A stretch of 64,000 nt of DNA from Spirochaetia bacterium. Lineage in GTDB: Bacteria > Spirochaetota > Spirochaetia > SZUA-6 > Bin103. Of this stretch, positions 55,631 to 63,571 are shown in pieces. The notes under the pieces were generated by a model. That model saw nothing but the letters and a program-made list of their open reading frames with translations. It was not told where the DNA came from and searched no databases. Every line of letters starts with the position of its first letter. The first letter of the stretch is position 1. The stretch is taken from NCBI GenBank assembly GCA_965203905.1, contig CBDBDQ010000005.1:7392001-7456000 (forward strand). The letters run 5' to 3'. A program made the position numbers and the translations under genes.

Positions 55631-56481
55631 GGTTGTGCCTCCCGTATCGATTGCTGTGTAGCTTGCTGTGCCGGTGGCGAGAGAATGGTGGTGCCGGCGG
55701 CGCCGGTCAACAGTGCGGTCAGATCGCCGGCGGCGGTGAAACTGCCGATCACGACCTGCCGCACCCCCTGCTCCAGGGCGTGCACCGCGGCTTCGAGCTT
55801 GGGGATCATGCCACCGCGAATCACGCCGGCGGCGACCTCGGCGGCCGCGCGCGGCGGCGTCAGGGTGGGCAGCACCGCACCGTCCTTGAGCACGCCCGGG
55901 ACATCGGAGAGGAACAGCAGGCGATCGGCCGCCAGGGCCGGGGCGATGCGCAGCGCCACGCTGTCGGCGTTGATGTTCACGGCGCGGCCCGGCGGCTCCA
56001 GGCTGGTGGGGGCCAGCACCGGCAGGTAGCCGTGGTTGAGCAACAGCCACAGGAGCCGCGTGTCGACCTCGGCCACGGTGGCGGTGTGGTTGGCGTCGGC
56101 GCCGGTGCCGGCCGCGGCGGCTGCCCGGGCGCCGGTGAAGATCGCGCCGTCGGAACCGCTGAGCCCCACCGCCGCCAGCCCGGCCGCGTGCAGCTCGCGC
56201 ACCAGGCGCTTGTTCACCGCGCCGCACAGCACCATGTCCACGTAGGGCATCTCGGCCGGCGAAGTCACCCGGATACCATCGCTGAACTGAGGCTCCAGGC
56301 CGACGCGGCGGGTCAGTGCGCTCACCTCGTTGCCGCCGCCGTGTACCAGCACCACCCGGGCGCCGGCCCTGGTCAGCGGTGTCAGCTCATGGATGAACGC
56401 CGTCAGCGCGCCGGCGGCTTCCGCTGCGGCCCCGCCCAACTTGATCACCAGCAGCTCACCCGCTGCGATGGCCGTGTTCAT
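55609..56481 (-). CDS. argB: Acetylglutamate kinase
   Basis: VIKLGG, VHGGG, GIRVT, NINAD, SDVPGV, GGMIPKL; ATG 56481 coupled to argC stop. Confidence 0.95.
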   Translation of the reverse strand: MNTAIAAGELLVIKLGGAAAEAAGALTAFIHELTPLTRAGARVVLVHGGGNEVSALTRRVGLEPQFSDGIRVTSPAEMPYVDMVLCGAVNKRLVRELHAAGLAAVGLSGSDGAIFTGARAAAAAGTGADANHTATVAEVDTRLLWLLLNHGYLPVLAPTSLEPPGRAVNINADSVALRIAPALAADRLLFLSDVPGVLKDGAVLPTLTPPRAAAEVAAGVIRGGMIPKLEAAVHALEQGVRQVVIGSFTAAGDLTALLTGAAGTTILSPPAQQATQQSIREAQPCNATVR

Positions 56482-57512
56482 TACGCCTCCGCGTGCAGCG
56501 GCAGACCGGCGGTCTCCGCGAAGCCGAAACGCAGGTTCATGTTCTGCACCGCCTGACCGGCCGCGCCCTTGACCAGGTTGTCGATTACCGAGAACAGCAC
56601 CAGTTGCCGGCCGCTGACCTGCCAGCCGATGTCGCAGCGGTTGGCGCCCCACACGTCGGCCGTGGCGGGGATGCGCCCGCCGGTGAGCTTCACGAACGGG
56701 ACCTCGCCGTAGACCTGTTCCAGGGTCTCCTCCACGGCGGCCTCCCGGGCGGGCTCGCGCAACGTGACGACGGTGGTGGCGGCCAGACCGCGCCGCATCG
56801 GCACCAGGTGGGGGGTGAACAGCAGGTCCAGATCCTCCGCCACGGCGCGCAGCTCGCTCACCATTTCGGGGTGATGGCGATGACTGCGCCCCGGCGCGTA
56901 CGCCGTCAGGCTCTCGCTGAGCTCGGTGAACAGGTACTCCTCGCTCACCTTGCGGCCGGCACCCGTGACCCCGCTCATGGCCGTGGCCACGACACTGCCG
57001 CACAGCAGGCCGGCCGCCGCAAGGGGCAGCACCGGCAGCAGCACCGCGGTGGGATAACAGCCCGGGTTGGCGATGATCCGGGCGCCGCCGATGGCGTCAC
57101 GGTGCCACTCGGAGAGTCCGTACGCCGCACCCGACAGCAGGTCGGGACGCGGCGGCGGCGAGCCGTACGCGGCGGCGAACAGGGCGTGGTCCTTGATGCG
57201 GAAGTCGGCGGCGAGATCGATCACCACGGCCGAGTCGAACCAGGGGGCGGCCCCGGCCGCGGAGGAGAGCGGCGGCAGACAGGAGAACACCACGTCCGCG
57301 GGCCGGTCGGCTGCAGCGGCCGCACTGCTCAGGCGACCGTCGCCCAGCTTGGGGGCGGCGGCCTCCGCGAATCCCGGCAGCGCCACGGCGATCGGCTCGC
57401 CCGCGCGCGAGCCGGACACCGGAACCACGGCGTCGACCTGCGGGTGCTCCAGCAGCAGGCGCAGCAGCAGCGAGCCGGCGTAACCGGTGGCGCCGAGGAT
57501 TACGGCAGTCAT
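56481..57512 (-). CDS. argC: N-acetyl-gamma-glutamyl-phosphate reductase
   Basis: GATGYAG, DLAADFR, ANPGCYPT, SGVTGAGR, HRH.PE, IDNLVKGAAGQAVQNMN. Confidence 0.97.
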   Translation of the reverse strand: MTAVILGATGYAGSLLLRLLLEHPQVDAVVPVSGSRAGEPIAVALPGFAEAAAPKLGDGRLSSAAAAADRPADVVFSCLPPLSSAAGAAPWFDSAVVIDLAADFRIKDHALFAAAYGSPPPRPDLLSGAAYGLSEWHRDAIGGARIIANPGCYPTAVLLPVLPLAAAGLLCGSVVATAMSGVTGAGRKVSEEYLFTELSESLTAYAPGRSHRHHPEMVSELRAVAEDLDLLFTPHLVPMRRGLAATTVVTLREPAREAAVEETLEQVYGEVPFVKLTGGRIPATADVWGANRCDIGWQVSGRQLVLFSVIDNLVKGAAGQAVQNMNLRFGFAETAGLPLHAEA

Positions 57513-58027
57513 CGGAAGGTGCCCCCGATACCGGGGATGCGGCGCTGCAGAGCGCGCCTGGCGGCCGCGGGCGTGACCCCCTCGGCCAGCACGGCGAGTA
57601 TCGTATCGTCGCCGGCGACGGTCCCGATGATGCCGGTGACCTGCAGCTTGTCCAGGGCAAAGGCGACGCTGGCGGCGTGGCCCGGCAGGGTATGAACCAC
57701 CGCCAGGTTGCCGGAGAAGGCGATCGACCGATAGCCGTGCATGAATACCGACTGCAGGCTGACGTCGGAGCCGGACTGGTCCAACTGATCGCGGAAGGCG
57801 TAGGTGTAGCCGCCATGGCCGTCCGGCAACTTGCCCACCTTCAATACCTTCAGGTCCCGTGACAGGGTGGCCTGGGTGGTGCTGAACCCGCTCGCCGCCA
57901 GGCGCCGCAACAACTGCTCCTGGCTGCTGATCGTGCCGCCGGCAATCAGCTCGCGTATCGCGCGGCGCCGCTCGGAGGCGTCGTGGCGAGGCGCTCCGAG
58001 CGCGGCGGTGGTCGAATCCGTATTCAT
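57509..58027 (-). CDS. argR: Arginine repressor
   Basis: SQEQL, TQATLSRDL, HTLPG.A, GTVAGDDT. Confidence 0.96.
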   Translation of the reverse strand: MNTDSTTAALGAPRHDASERRRAIRELIAGGTISSQEQLLRRLAASGFSTTQATLSRDLKVLKVGKLPDGHGGYTYAFRDQLDQSGSDVSLQSVFMHGYRSIAFSGNLAVVHTLPGHAASVAFALDKLQVTGIIGTVAGDDTILAVLAEGVTPAAARRALQRRIPGIGGTFR

Positions 58028-58048
58028 CGTTACGTATCTTTACTCAAT
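58011..58048 (-). promoter_or_regulatory. Tandem ARG boxes (ArgR operator), 2 bp apart
   Basis: ATTGAGTAAAGATACGTA (58048-58031) and GATGAATACGGATTCGAC (58028-58011) resemble nnTGAATwwwwATTCAnn; TTGACC -35 at 58065-58060. Confidence 0.7.
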
Positions 58049-58136
58049 GCCAGCGGATCGGTCAAGGTGCTGTGCGCGAGCGCCGGCCGGGCATGGCGCT
58101 GGCCGCGCGGCTGCCGCCATGCTAACCTGCCGACCC

Positions 58137-59282
58137 GTGGGCGACCCGAACAGCAACGCCGCCCCCGGCATCCTGCAGATCGCTCCCTACGTGCCGGGGC
58201 GTACCATTGACGAGGTGGCGCGGGAACTCGGGCTTACCGACATCATCAAGCTCGCATCCAATGAGAACCCGCTTGGCGTCAGCCCCAAGGCGGCGGCCGC
58301 CATGCGCGCCGTTGTCGGCCGCGCCCACCTCTATCCGGAGATCGACAACCCGCTGCTGCAGGCTGCGCTCGGTCGTGCCAACAGCGTGCCGCCGGAATGC
58401 GTGCTCACCGGCAACGGGGCGGATTCCATCCTCTACGCGGCGGCGCTCGCGTTCCTGCGCCCCGGCGACGAAGTGCTGATCCCGCAGATCACCTTCGACC
58501 TGTACCGCACGGTAGCGTTCACCAAGGGAGCCGTGGCGACGGAGGTTCCGATGCCGGAGCTCCAGCTCGCCGCGGAGGCGATCGTGGAGCGGGTCACGCC
58601 GCGCACCCGGATCGTGTTCATCTGCAATCCGAACAATCCGACCGGTGCGCTGTTTCCGCGTCCCGCCATGGAGCGGCTGCTGGCGGCACTGCCGGACCGG
58701 GTGGTGCTGGTCCACGACGAGGTGTACCGGGAGTTTGCCGACGGTGACGTGTTTCCCGACCTGGTGTCGCGGGTCAGCGCCGGGCAGGACAATCTGATCC
58801 TGGTGCGCAGCATGGCCAAGGCCTACGGCCTGGCCGGTGTGCGATTCGGGTACGGAATCATGGCCCCGGCCACCGCGGCGCTGCTGCACCGCGTCCGCCC
58901 GCCGTTCGACACCTCGATTCTGGCGCAGGCTGCGGCCCTGGGCGCACTCGACGATGGCGAGTTCCTGGAGCGCACGCTGGCGCTCAACCGGCGCGGCAAG
59001 CGCCAGCTCTACGCCGCATGCGCGCGTCTGGGCCTTCCGGCCGTACCCTCACACGCCAACTTCGTGCTGGTGGACGTGGGGCGAGACGCACGCGCCGTGG
59101 CTCAGGGGCTGTTGCAGCAGGGGGTAATCGTGCGCACCCCGCGGCATCCCGCCCTGGCCCGCTACGTGCGCGTGAGCATCGGTACGGACGCGCAGATGCG
59201 GCGCTTCATCGCCGCGCTCGAGCGAACGCTCCGCGACTCCAGCGGCGGCGCCGAGCGCACGGAACCCGCGCCGCCGCGGTAG
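58137..59282 (+). CDS. hisC: Histidinol-phosphate aminotransferase
   Basis: PYVPG, KLASNENP, GNGAD, CNPNNPTG, DEVY.EF, RSMAKAYGLAG.R.GY; GTG 58137. Confidence 0.92.
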   Translation: MGDPNSNAAPGILQIAPYVPGRTIDEVARELGLTDIIKLASNENPLGVSPKAAAAMRAVVGRAHLYPEIDNPLLQAALGRANSVPPECVLTGNGADSILYAAALAFLRPGDEVLIPQITFDLYRTVAFTKGAVATEVPMPELQLAAEAIVERVTPRTRIVFICNPNNPTGALFPRPAMERLLAALPDRVVLVHDEVYREFADGDVFPDLVSRVSAGQDNLILVRSMAKAYGLAGVRFGYGIMAPATAALLHRVRPPFDTSILAQAAALGALDDGEFLERTLALNRRGKRQLYAACARLGLPAVPSHANFVLVDVGRDARAVAQGLLQQGVIVRTPRHPALARYVRVSIGTDAQMRRFIAALERTLRDSSGGAERTEPAPPR

Positions 59283-59288
59283 CGAGCC

Positions 59289-59969
59289 ATGCTGCGGTTG
59301 GCCCTGCGCGGTCGCCACCGGGTGTCCGCCTGCGGCGCGCTGGCCGTCGCGCTGGCGCTGTTGGCGGCGTGCGAGACCAGCCCCCCGGAGCTGTACGAGC
59401 TGCAGTGGCTGCTGCTGGATTTCGACGACCGCGAGCTGGACCAACGCTACGAGAGCCTGAGCCTGTTCGTCCGCGCCGGCGACGCGGATGGAGCGGATGA
59501 TCTCGACGAGCTCTACCTGATCTTCGATGCCGGCGAACTGTTCTGGCGACTCACGGCGGCGACCTGGACCCGTACCGAGCACGAAGGTGCCACCTGGATC
59601 GGTTCCAGCACCATCAGCATGCCCGGCCAGGAGCCGTTTCCGCCTGGTGAGTATCGCCTGCTGCTGCTGGACCGCGGCGGCCAGCGCGACGCCACCCGTT
59701 TCGTGATCCCGGCCCAGCGCCGTCCAACCGCCGCACCGGAGGTTTCCGTGGACGGCCCGCGCCTCGAGGTCCACGGCGCCGCACCATACCAGGTTTGGGT
59801 GGCGGCCGCGGACGGCCTGGTCACGCCCCTGGAAGCTACCGGAACCGTCGACCTGGAGGAGCACTTCGACTACCGCGCCGGGGCGCGCTACCAGGTTTAC
59901 GTGTTCGGGCAGGCGGAGGGGGCTGACAAAGGGTTCCTCAGTGGCCCCTACCCGTGGCAGGCCCCCTGA
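59289..59969 (+). CDS. Putative lipoprotein of unknown function
   Basis: Basic plus hydrophobic signal ending in the lipobox LLAAC; beta-rich mature part. Confidence 0.7.
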   Translation: MLRLALRGRHRVSACGALAVALALLAACETSPPELYELQWLLLDFDDRELDQRYESLSLFVRAGDADGADDLDELYLIFDAGELFWRLTAATWTRTEHEGATWIGSSTISMPGQEPFPPGEYRLLLLDRGGQRDATRFVIPAQRRPTAAPEVSVDGPRLEVHGAAPYQVWVAAADGLVTPLEATGTVDLEEHFDYRAGARYQVYVFGQAEGADKGFLSGPYPWQAP

Positions 59970-59976
59970 ACCCACA

Positions 59977-60049
59977 TGCCGCCGAGCAGAATCGAACTGC
60001 TGACACGAGGATTTTCAGTCCTCTGCTCTACCATCTGAGCTACAGCGGC
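59977..60049 (-). tRNA. tRNA-Phe (GAA)
   Basis: GCCGCTG/CGGCGGC acceptor, GAGGA-CTGAAAA-TCCTC anticodon arm, TTCGATT T-loop; 3' CCA not encoded. Confidence 0.95.
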
Positions 60050-60062
60050 CGGATGTCCGCAT

Positions 60063-60091
60063 AATCTACGGCGAGTGCCCCGAGGCGTCAA
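60063..60091 (-). promoter_or_regulatory. sigma70 promoter for tRNA-Phe
   Basis: TTGACG-17 nt-TAGATT. Confidence 0.65.
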
Positions 60092-60135
60092 TATCCAAGC
60101 TCGCCGGGGGCGGCGGCGCGACCCGCGCGCGGCGG

Positions 60136-60164
60136 TTGCCAAGGGAGGTCGTGATTGATAGCGT
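60136..60164 (+). promoter_or_regulatory. sigma70 promoter for the Zn-PLC/fliG-N/asnS unit
   Basis: TTGCCA-17 nt-TAGCGT with extended -10 TG. Confidence 0.55.
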
Positions 60165-60175
60165 TGAGGGCCCGC

Positions 60176-61264
60176 ATGCCTGCCCATATCAGCCACCTGC
60201 TGTTTGCCGAGGATGTCCTGCGCGAGGCCGTCCCCGACGCGGAGAACCTGCTGCAGCGCGCCGGCAACCTGTTCCGGTTCGGGGCTCAGGGCCCGGACAT
60301 CTTCTACCACAACCAGCGCACCCGGCCCCTGGGTCTGCGCTACGGTTCGCTGATCCACCGGCACCGGTTCGGGCGCATGGTGGCCCACATGGCGCAGACG
60401 GCGGCCAACGCCGCGCGCCGTACCGGAACCCCGGACCTGCAGCAGGCTGCCTACCTGCTGGGTTTCGCCACCCACGCCGAGCTGGACCGCTTCGCCCATC
60501 CCTACATCATCTGTCGCGCCGGGTGGGTACGGGCGCAGGATCCGGCCAGCCAGCGGTACCGGCGCTGTCACGCGTTCCTGGAACGGCTCCTGGACGTGGT
60601 TGCGCTGCGTGCCGTGCGTTCCCAGGAGCTGCATCAGTTCGACTTCTTCTCGCAGATCTACTGTGGCGAGAGCCTGCCCTACTCCACCCTCAAGATGCTG
60701 GTCAAGGCGGTCACCGAGGTATATCCGAATGCCAGCTACAAGTCGCGCAACAGGCGGCGCATCGAAAATGCCTATGGCGACGCCATACGGTTCTACACCC
60801 TGACCGACCACCGCAATCCACTGCTGCGCACGCGTGCCCTGGAGCTCGACCGGCGCGAGGGTGCCCAGCACCGCCGGGGCGCGGTGTTCCACTTCCCCGA
60901 CGTCGGCCAGGAACTTGACCCGGCCAACCTGCAGCACCGGCCGTGGCCGCATCCCTGCTGTCCCGAGGTCAGCAGGGACGAGAGCTTCCTCGACCTGATG
61001 GCTGCGGCCCGGGCCGCTCTGGTACCTCGAATGAGCCGCCTGGCCACGATCCTGGGCCTGCGCCGCAGCGGGCCGGCCGTGCCCGAGGAGGGATTCGGAA
61101 GCGACGCCGGCGCGACCTTCGCGGAGTTGGCGGCCTCGTTCGGAGATCAGAGCCTGGGCGCAACCCGCGACGGCCGCACCTGCACACCGGTCCACGCCGA
61201 GCCATTGCCGCTGGCGGAGCTGTTGGAGGGGTTGCATCGTGAATCTGCCCGAGCCAGCTCGTGA
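60176..61264 (+). CDS. Zinc-dependent phospholipase C-family (Zn_dep_PLPC-like) protein
   Basis: MP..SH, GAQGPDIFY, H, YLLGF.TH..LD..AHPYI, H..LE..LD metal-ligand pattern. Confidence 0.8.
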   Translation: MPAHISHLLFAEDVLREAVPDAENLLQRAGNLFRFGAQGPDIFYHNQRTRPLGLRYGSLIHRHRFGRMVAHMAQTAANAARRTGTPDLQQAAYLLGFATHAELDRFAHPYIICRAGWVRAQDPASQRYRRCHAFLERLLDVVALRAVRSQELHQFDFFSQIYCGESLPYSTLKMLVKAVTEVYPNASYKSRNRRRIENAYGDAIRFYTLTDHRNPLLRTRALELDRREGAQHRRGAVFHFPDVGQELDPANLQHRPWPHPCCPEVSRDESFLDLMAAARAALVPRMSRLATILGLRRSGPAVPEEGFGSDAGATFAELAASFGDQSLGATRDGRTCTPVHAEPLPLAELLEGLHRESARASS

Positions 61265-61629
61265 GCGATGCAGCGACCCGCGGCTTCGTACGCGGCACGG
61301 CCCGCGACCGCGGCTTCGAGCACGTGGCGAAGTTCCTGCTCCTGCTCGGCGCCGACACCGCGGCGCGGGTCCTGTCCGGACTCACCGCTGCCGAGGTGAC
61401 GGGCATCGTCCGGGAAGTCGCCGCCATCGGCAGCGTCGAGCACCGTGAGGCATACCGGATCCTCGAGGAATTCGGCTACCGGATGGAGACCCGCGAACTG
61501 GATGCGCGCGGTGGTCTCGCCGCCGCCGACGCCATGCTGCGCGCCGCCTTCGGCGAGGAGAGTGCGCGGGCGTGGCGTACGCGACTGGCGGACGCCGCCG
61601 CGGACGGGGAGCAACGATCGCCGCAATGA
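61261..61629 (+). CDS. Stand-alone FliG N-terminal domain (truncated FliG1-like)
   Basis: VAKFLLLLG.D.AARVL..L...EV..I..E.A.I..V...EA..ILEEF, GGL..A..ML..AFGEE.A; only 122 aa. Confidence 0.7.
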   Translation: MSDAATRGFVRGTARDRGFEHVAKFLLLLGADTAARVLSGLTAAEVTGIVREVAAIGSVEHREAYRILEEFGYRMETRELDARGGLAAADAMLRAAFGEESARAWRTRLADAAADGEQRSPQ

Positions 61630-61708
61630 CAAGAGAGAGGGAGCGAGGCATGGGTAAGTCGAACCGGAGCAGCGCCGACACCGCGCTGCCGCCGCCTGGG
61701 TGGCGAGC

Positions 61709-63025
61709 ATGGCGGAGGTAACCGACTGGCGGCGGGTGCCGATCGCCGAGCTGCCCCGGCACCTGGGGGAGCGGGTGGAGATTGCCGGCTGGCTCTACAA
61801 CATCCGCTCCAAGGGCAAGATTCACTTCCTGCAACTCCGCGATGGCAGCGGCCGCGTCCAGGGGGTCGCGGTCGGGGGCGAATGCGACCCTGGTTCGTTC
61901 GCCGCCATGGGCTCCCTCAAGCTGGAGGCCAGCCTGTTGGTGCGCGGCGAAGTGCGTGCCGACGCACGGGCACCGGGAGGCGTCGAGCTCGGAGTACAGG
62001 GGGCCACGGTGTGCCAGAACCCGACCACCGACTACCCGATCGCCAAGAAGGCGCACGGCATAGACTTCCTGCTGGAGCATCGTCACCTGTGGCTGCGGTC
62101 GGCACGCCAGGAAGCGATGCTGCGGGTGCGGAGCCGCACCGCCGCCAGCATGCGGCGCTTCTTCGAGCAACGCGGTTACACCCACGTCGACACTCCGATC
62201 CTGACCGGGGCCATCGGCGAGAGCGCCGGTGCGTTGTTCAGCCTGCCCTACTTCGACCTGGGAGATGCCTACCTCGCTCAGACCGGCCAGCTCTACCTCG
62301 AGGCCGCCTGCGCCGCCCTCGGTCGGGTGTACAACTTCGGCCCCACGTTCCGCGCCGAGAAGTCCAAGACGCGCCGCCACCTCACGGAGTTCTGGATGCT
62401 GGAGGCGGAAGTGGCGTTCATGGACCAACGCGGCAACCTGGAGCTGCAGGAACAGCTGGTCAGCACCGTCGTGGCGGATGTGGTTGCCGAGTGTGCGGCC
62501 GAGCTGGAGACGCTGGGACGCGACCTGGCCCCGTTGCGCGCGGTTGCCGTGCCGTTCCCACGGCTCGACTATGGTGCGGCGGTAGAGTTGCTGCGCGACG
62601 CCGGCAGCGGCATCGCCTGGGGCCAGGACCTGGGCGCCGAGGACGAGACCATCCTGTCGCAACGGTTCGAGCGCCCGCTGTTCGTGGTCAACTACCCGCG
62701 CGAGGTGAAGGCATTCTACATGAAGCGCAACCCCGCGGACCCACGCACCGTGCTGTGCGCCGACCTGCTGGCACCGGAGGGGTACGGTGAGATAATCGGC
62801 GGCTCCCAGCGCGAGGACGACCACGACCTGCTGGAGCAGCGAATCCGCGAAACCGGCCTGCCGCTGGAGACGTATCGCTGGTACCTCGATCTGCGGCGCT
62901 TCGGCAGCGTAGTGCACTCCGGCTTCGGCATCGGACTGGAGCGCACCGTCGCCTGGATCACCGGCACCGCCCACGTACGGGAGAGCGCACCCTTTCCGCG
63001 CACGCTGTCGCGCATCTACCCGTGA
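61709..63025 (+). CDS. asnS: Asparagine--tRNA ligase
   Basis: GWLYNIRSKGKI.FLQLRDGSG, HRHLWLRS, GPTFRAEKSKTRRHLTEFWM, GEIIGGSQRE, HSGFGIGLER. Confidence 0.95.
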   Translation: MAEVTDWRRVPIAELPRHLGERVEIAGWLYNIRSKGKIHFLQLRDGSGRVQGVAVGGECDPGSFAAMGSLKLEASLLVRGEVRADARAPGGVELGVQGATVCQNPTTDYPIAKKAHGIDFLLEHRHLWLRSARQEAMLRVRSRTAASMRRFFEQRGYTHVDTPILTGAIGESAGALFSLPYFDLGDAYLAQTGQLYLEAACAALGRVYNFGPTFRAEKSKTRRHLTEFWMLEAEVAFMDQRGNLELQEQLVSTVVADVVAECAAELETLGRDLAPLRAVAVPFPRLDYGAAVELLRDAGSGIAWGQDLGAEDETILSQRFERPLFVVNYPREVKAFYMKRNPADPRTVLCADLLAPEGYGEIIGGSQREDDHDLLEQRIRETGLPLETYRWYLDLRRFGSVVHSGFGIGLERTVAWITGTAHVRESAPFPRTLSRIYP

Positions 63026-63065
63026 CAACGGCGGCGCGGCACCGGGTTATACTACGGTCATTGCA

Positions 63066-63557
63066 ATGTTCTCGCTCGGAATAGCCTATCTGCTGTGGGC
63101 CATCGGCGGCTTCGGCACCCTCGGCCTGCACCGCTTCTACCTGCGCAAGCCCGGTACGGGGGTGCTCTGGCTGCTCACCGGCGGGGTGCTCTGGATCGGC
63201 GCCGTGGTGGACCTGTTCCGTCTTCCGCGACTGGTGGACGAAGCCAACGTGCTCGCCCGCCACCGCGACGAACTCGACGCGCCGCGATCCGCCACCTTCA
63301 CCCCGAGCGCGCCGCCGCAGGAGTCTCTGGAGCAGGCAATCCTGCGCGTCGCCAAGGAGAACGGGGGGCTGGTGTCTCCCAGTGCGGTTGCCACCAGCGG
63401 CAACTGGACCCTCGACGAGACCAAGTCATACCTGGACGGGATGGTGGACAAGGGACACGCCGAGTTGAGGCCCACCAGGAGCGGCACACCGAGCGTGGTG
63501 TACGTGATCCCGGATTTCCTCACCGACGGCACCCGCGGCCAGCTCGAGGATCTGTAA
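63066..63557 (+). CDS. TM2 (NINE) domain protein with C-terminal winged-helix-like domain
   Basis: AYLLW...G.LGLHRFYL.K..TG.LWL.TGG...IG..VDL TM2 signature. Confidence 0.85.
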   Translation: MFSLGIAYLLWAIGGFGTLGLHRFYLRKPGTGVLWLLTGGVLWIGAVVDLFRLPRLVDEANVLARHRDELDAPRSATFTPSAPPQESLEQAILRVAKENGGLVSPSAVATSGNWTLDETKSYLDGMVDKGHAELRPTRSGTPSVVYVIPDFLTDGTRGQLEDL

Positions 63558-63571
63558 CTCAACGTAAACGG

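Noticed and set aside
53194-57512. LysW-dependent lysine/arginine pathway reading of argC/argB/argD
   Set aside because: No lysW or lysX/argX in the operon; argR, ARG boxes and argG point to the acetylated arginine route
36241-60049. tRNA genes as integration sites for islands or prophage
   Set aside because: No integrase, no duplicated tRNA 3' ends noticed, and no compositional shift beside any of the four tRNAs
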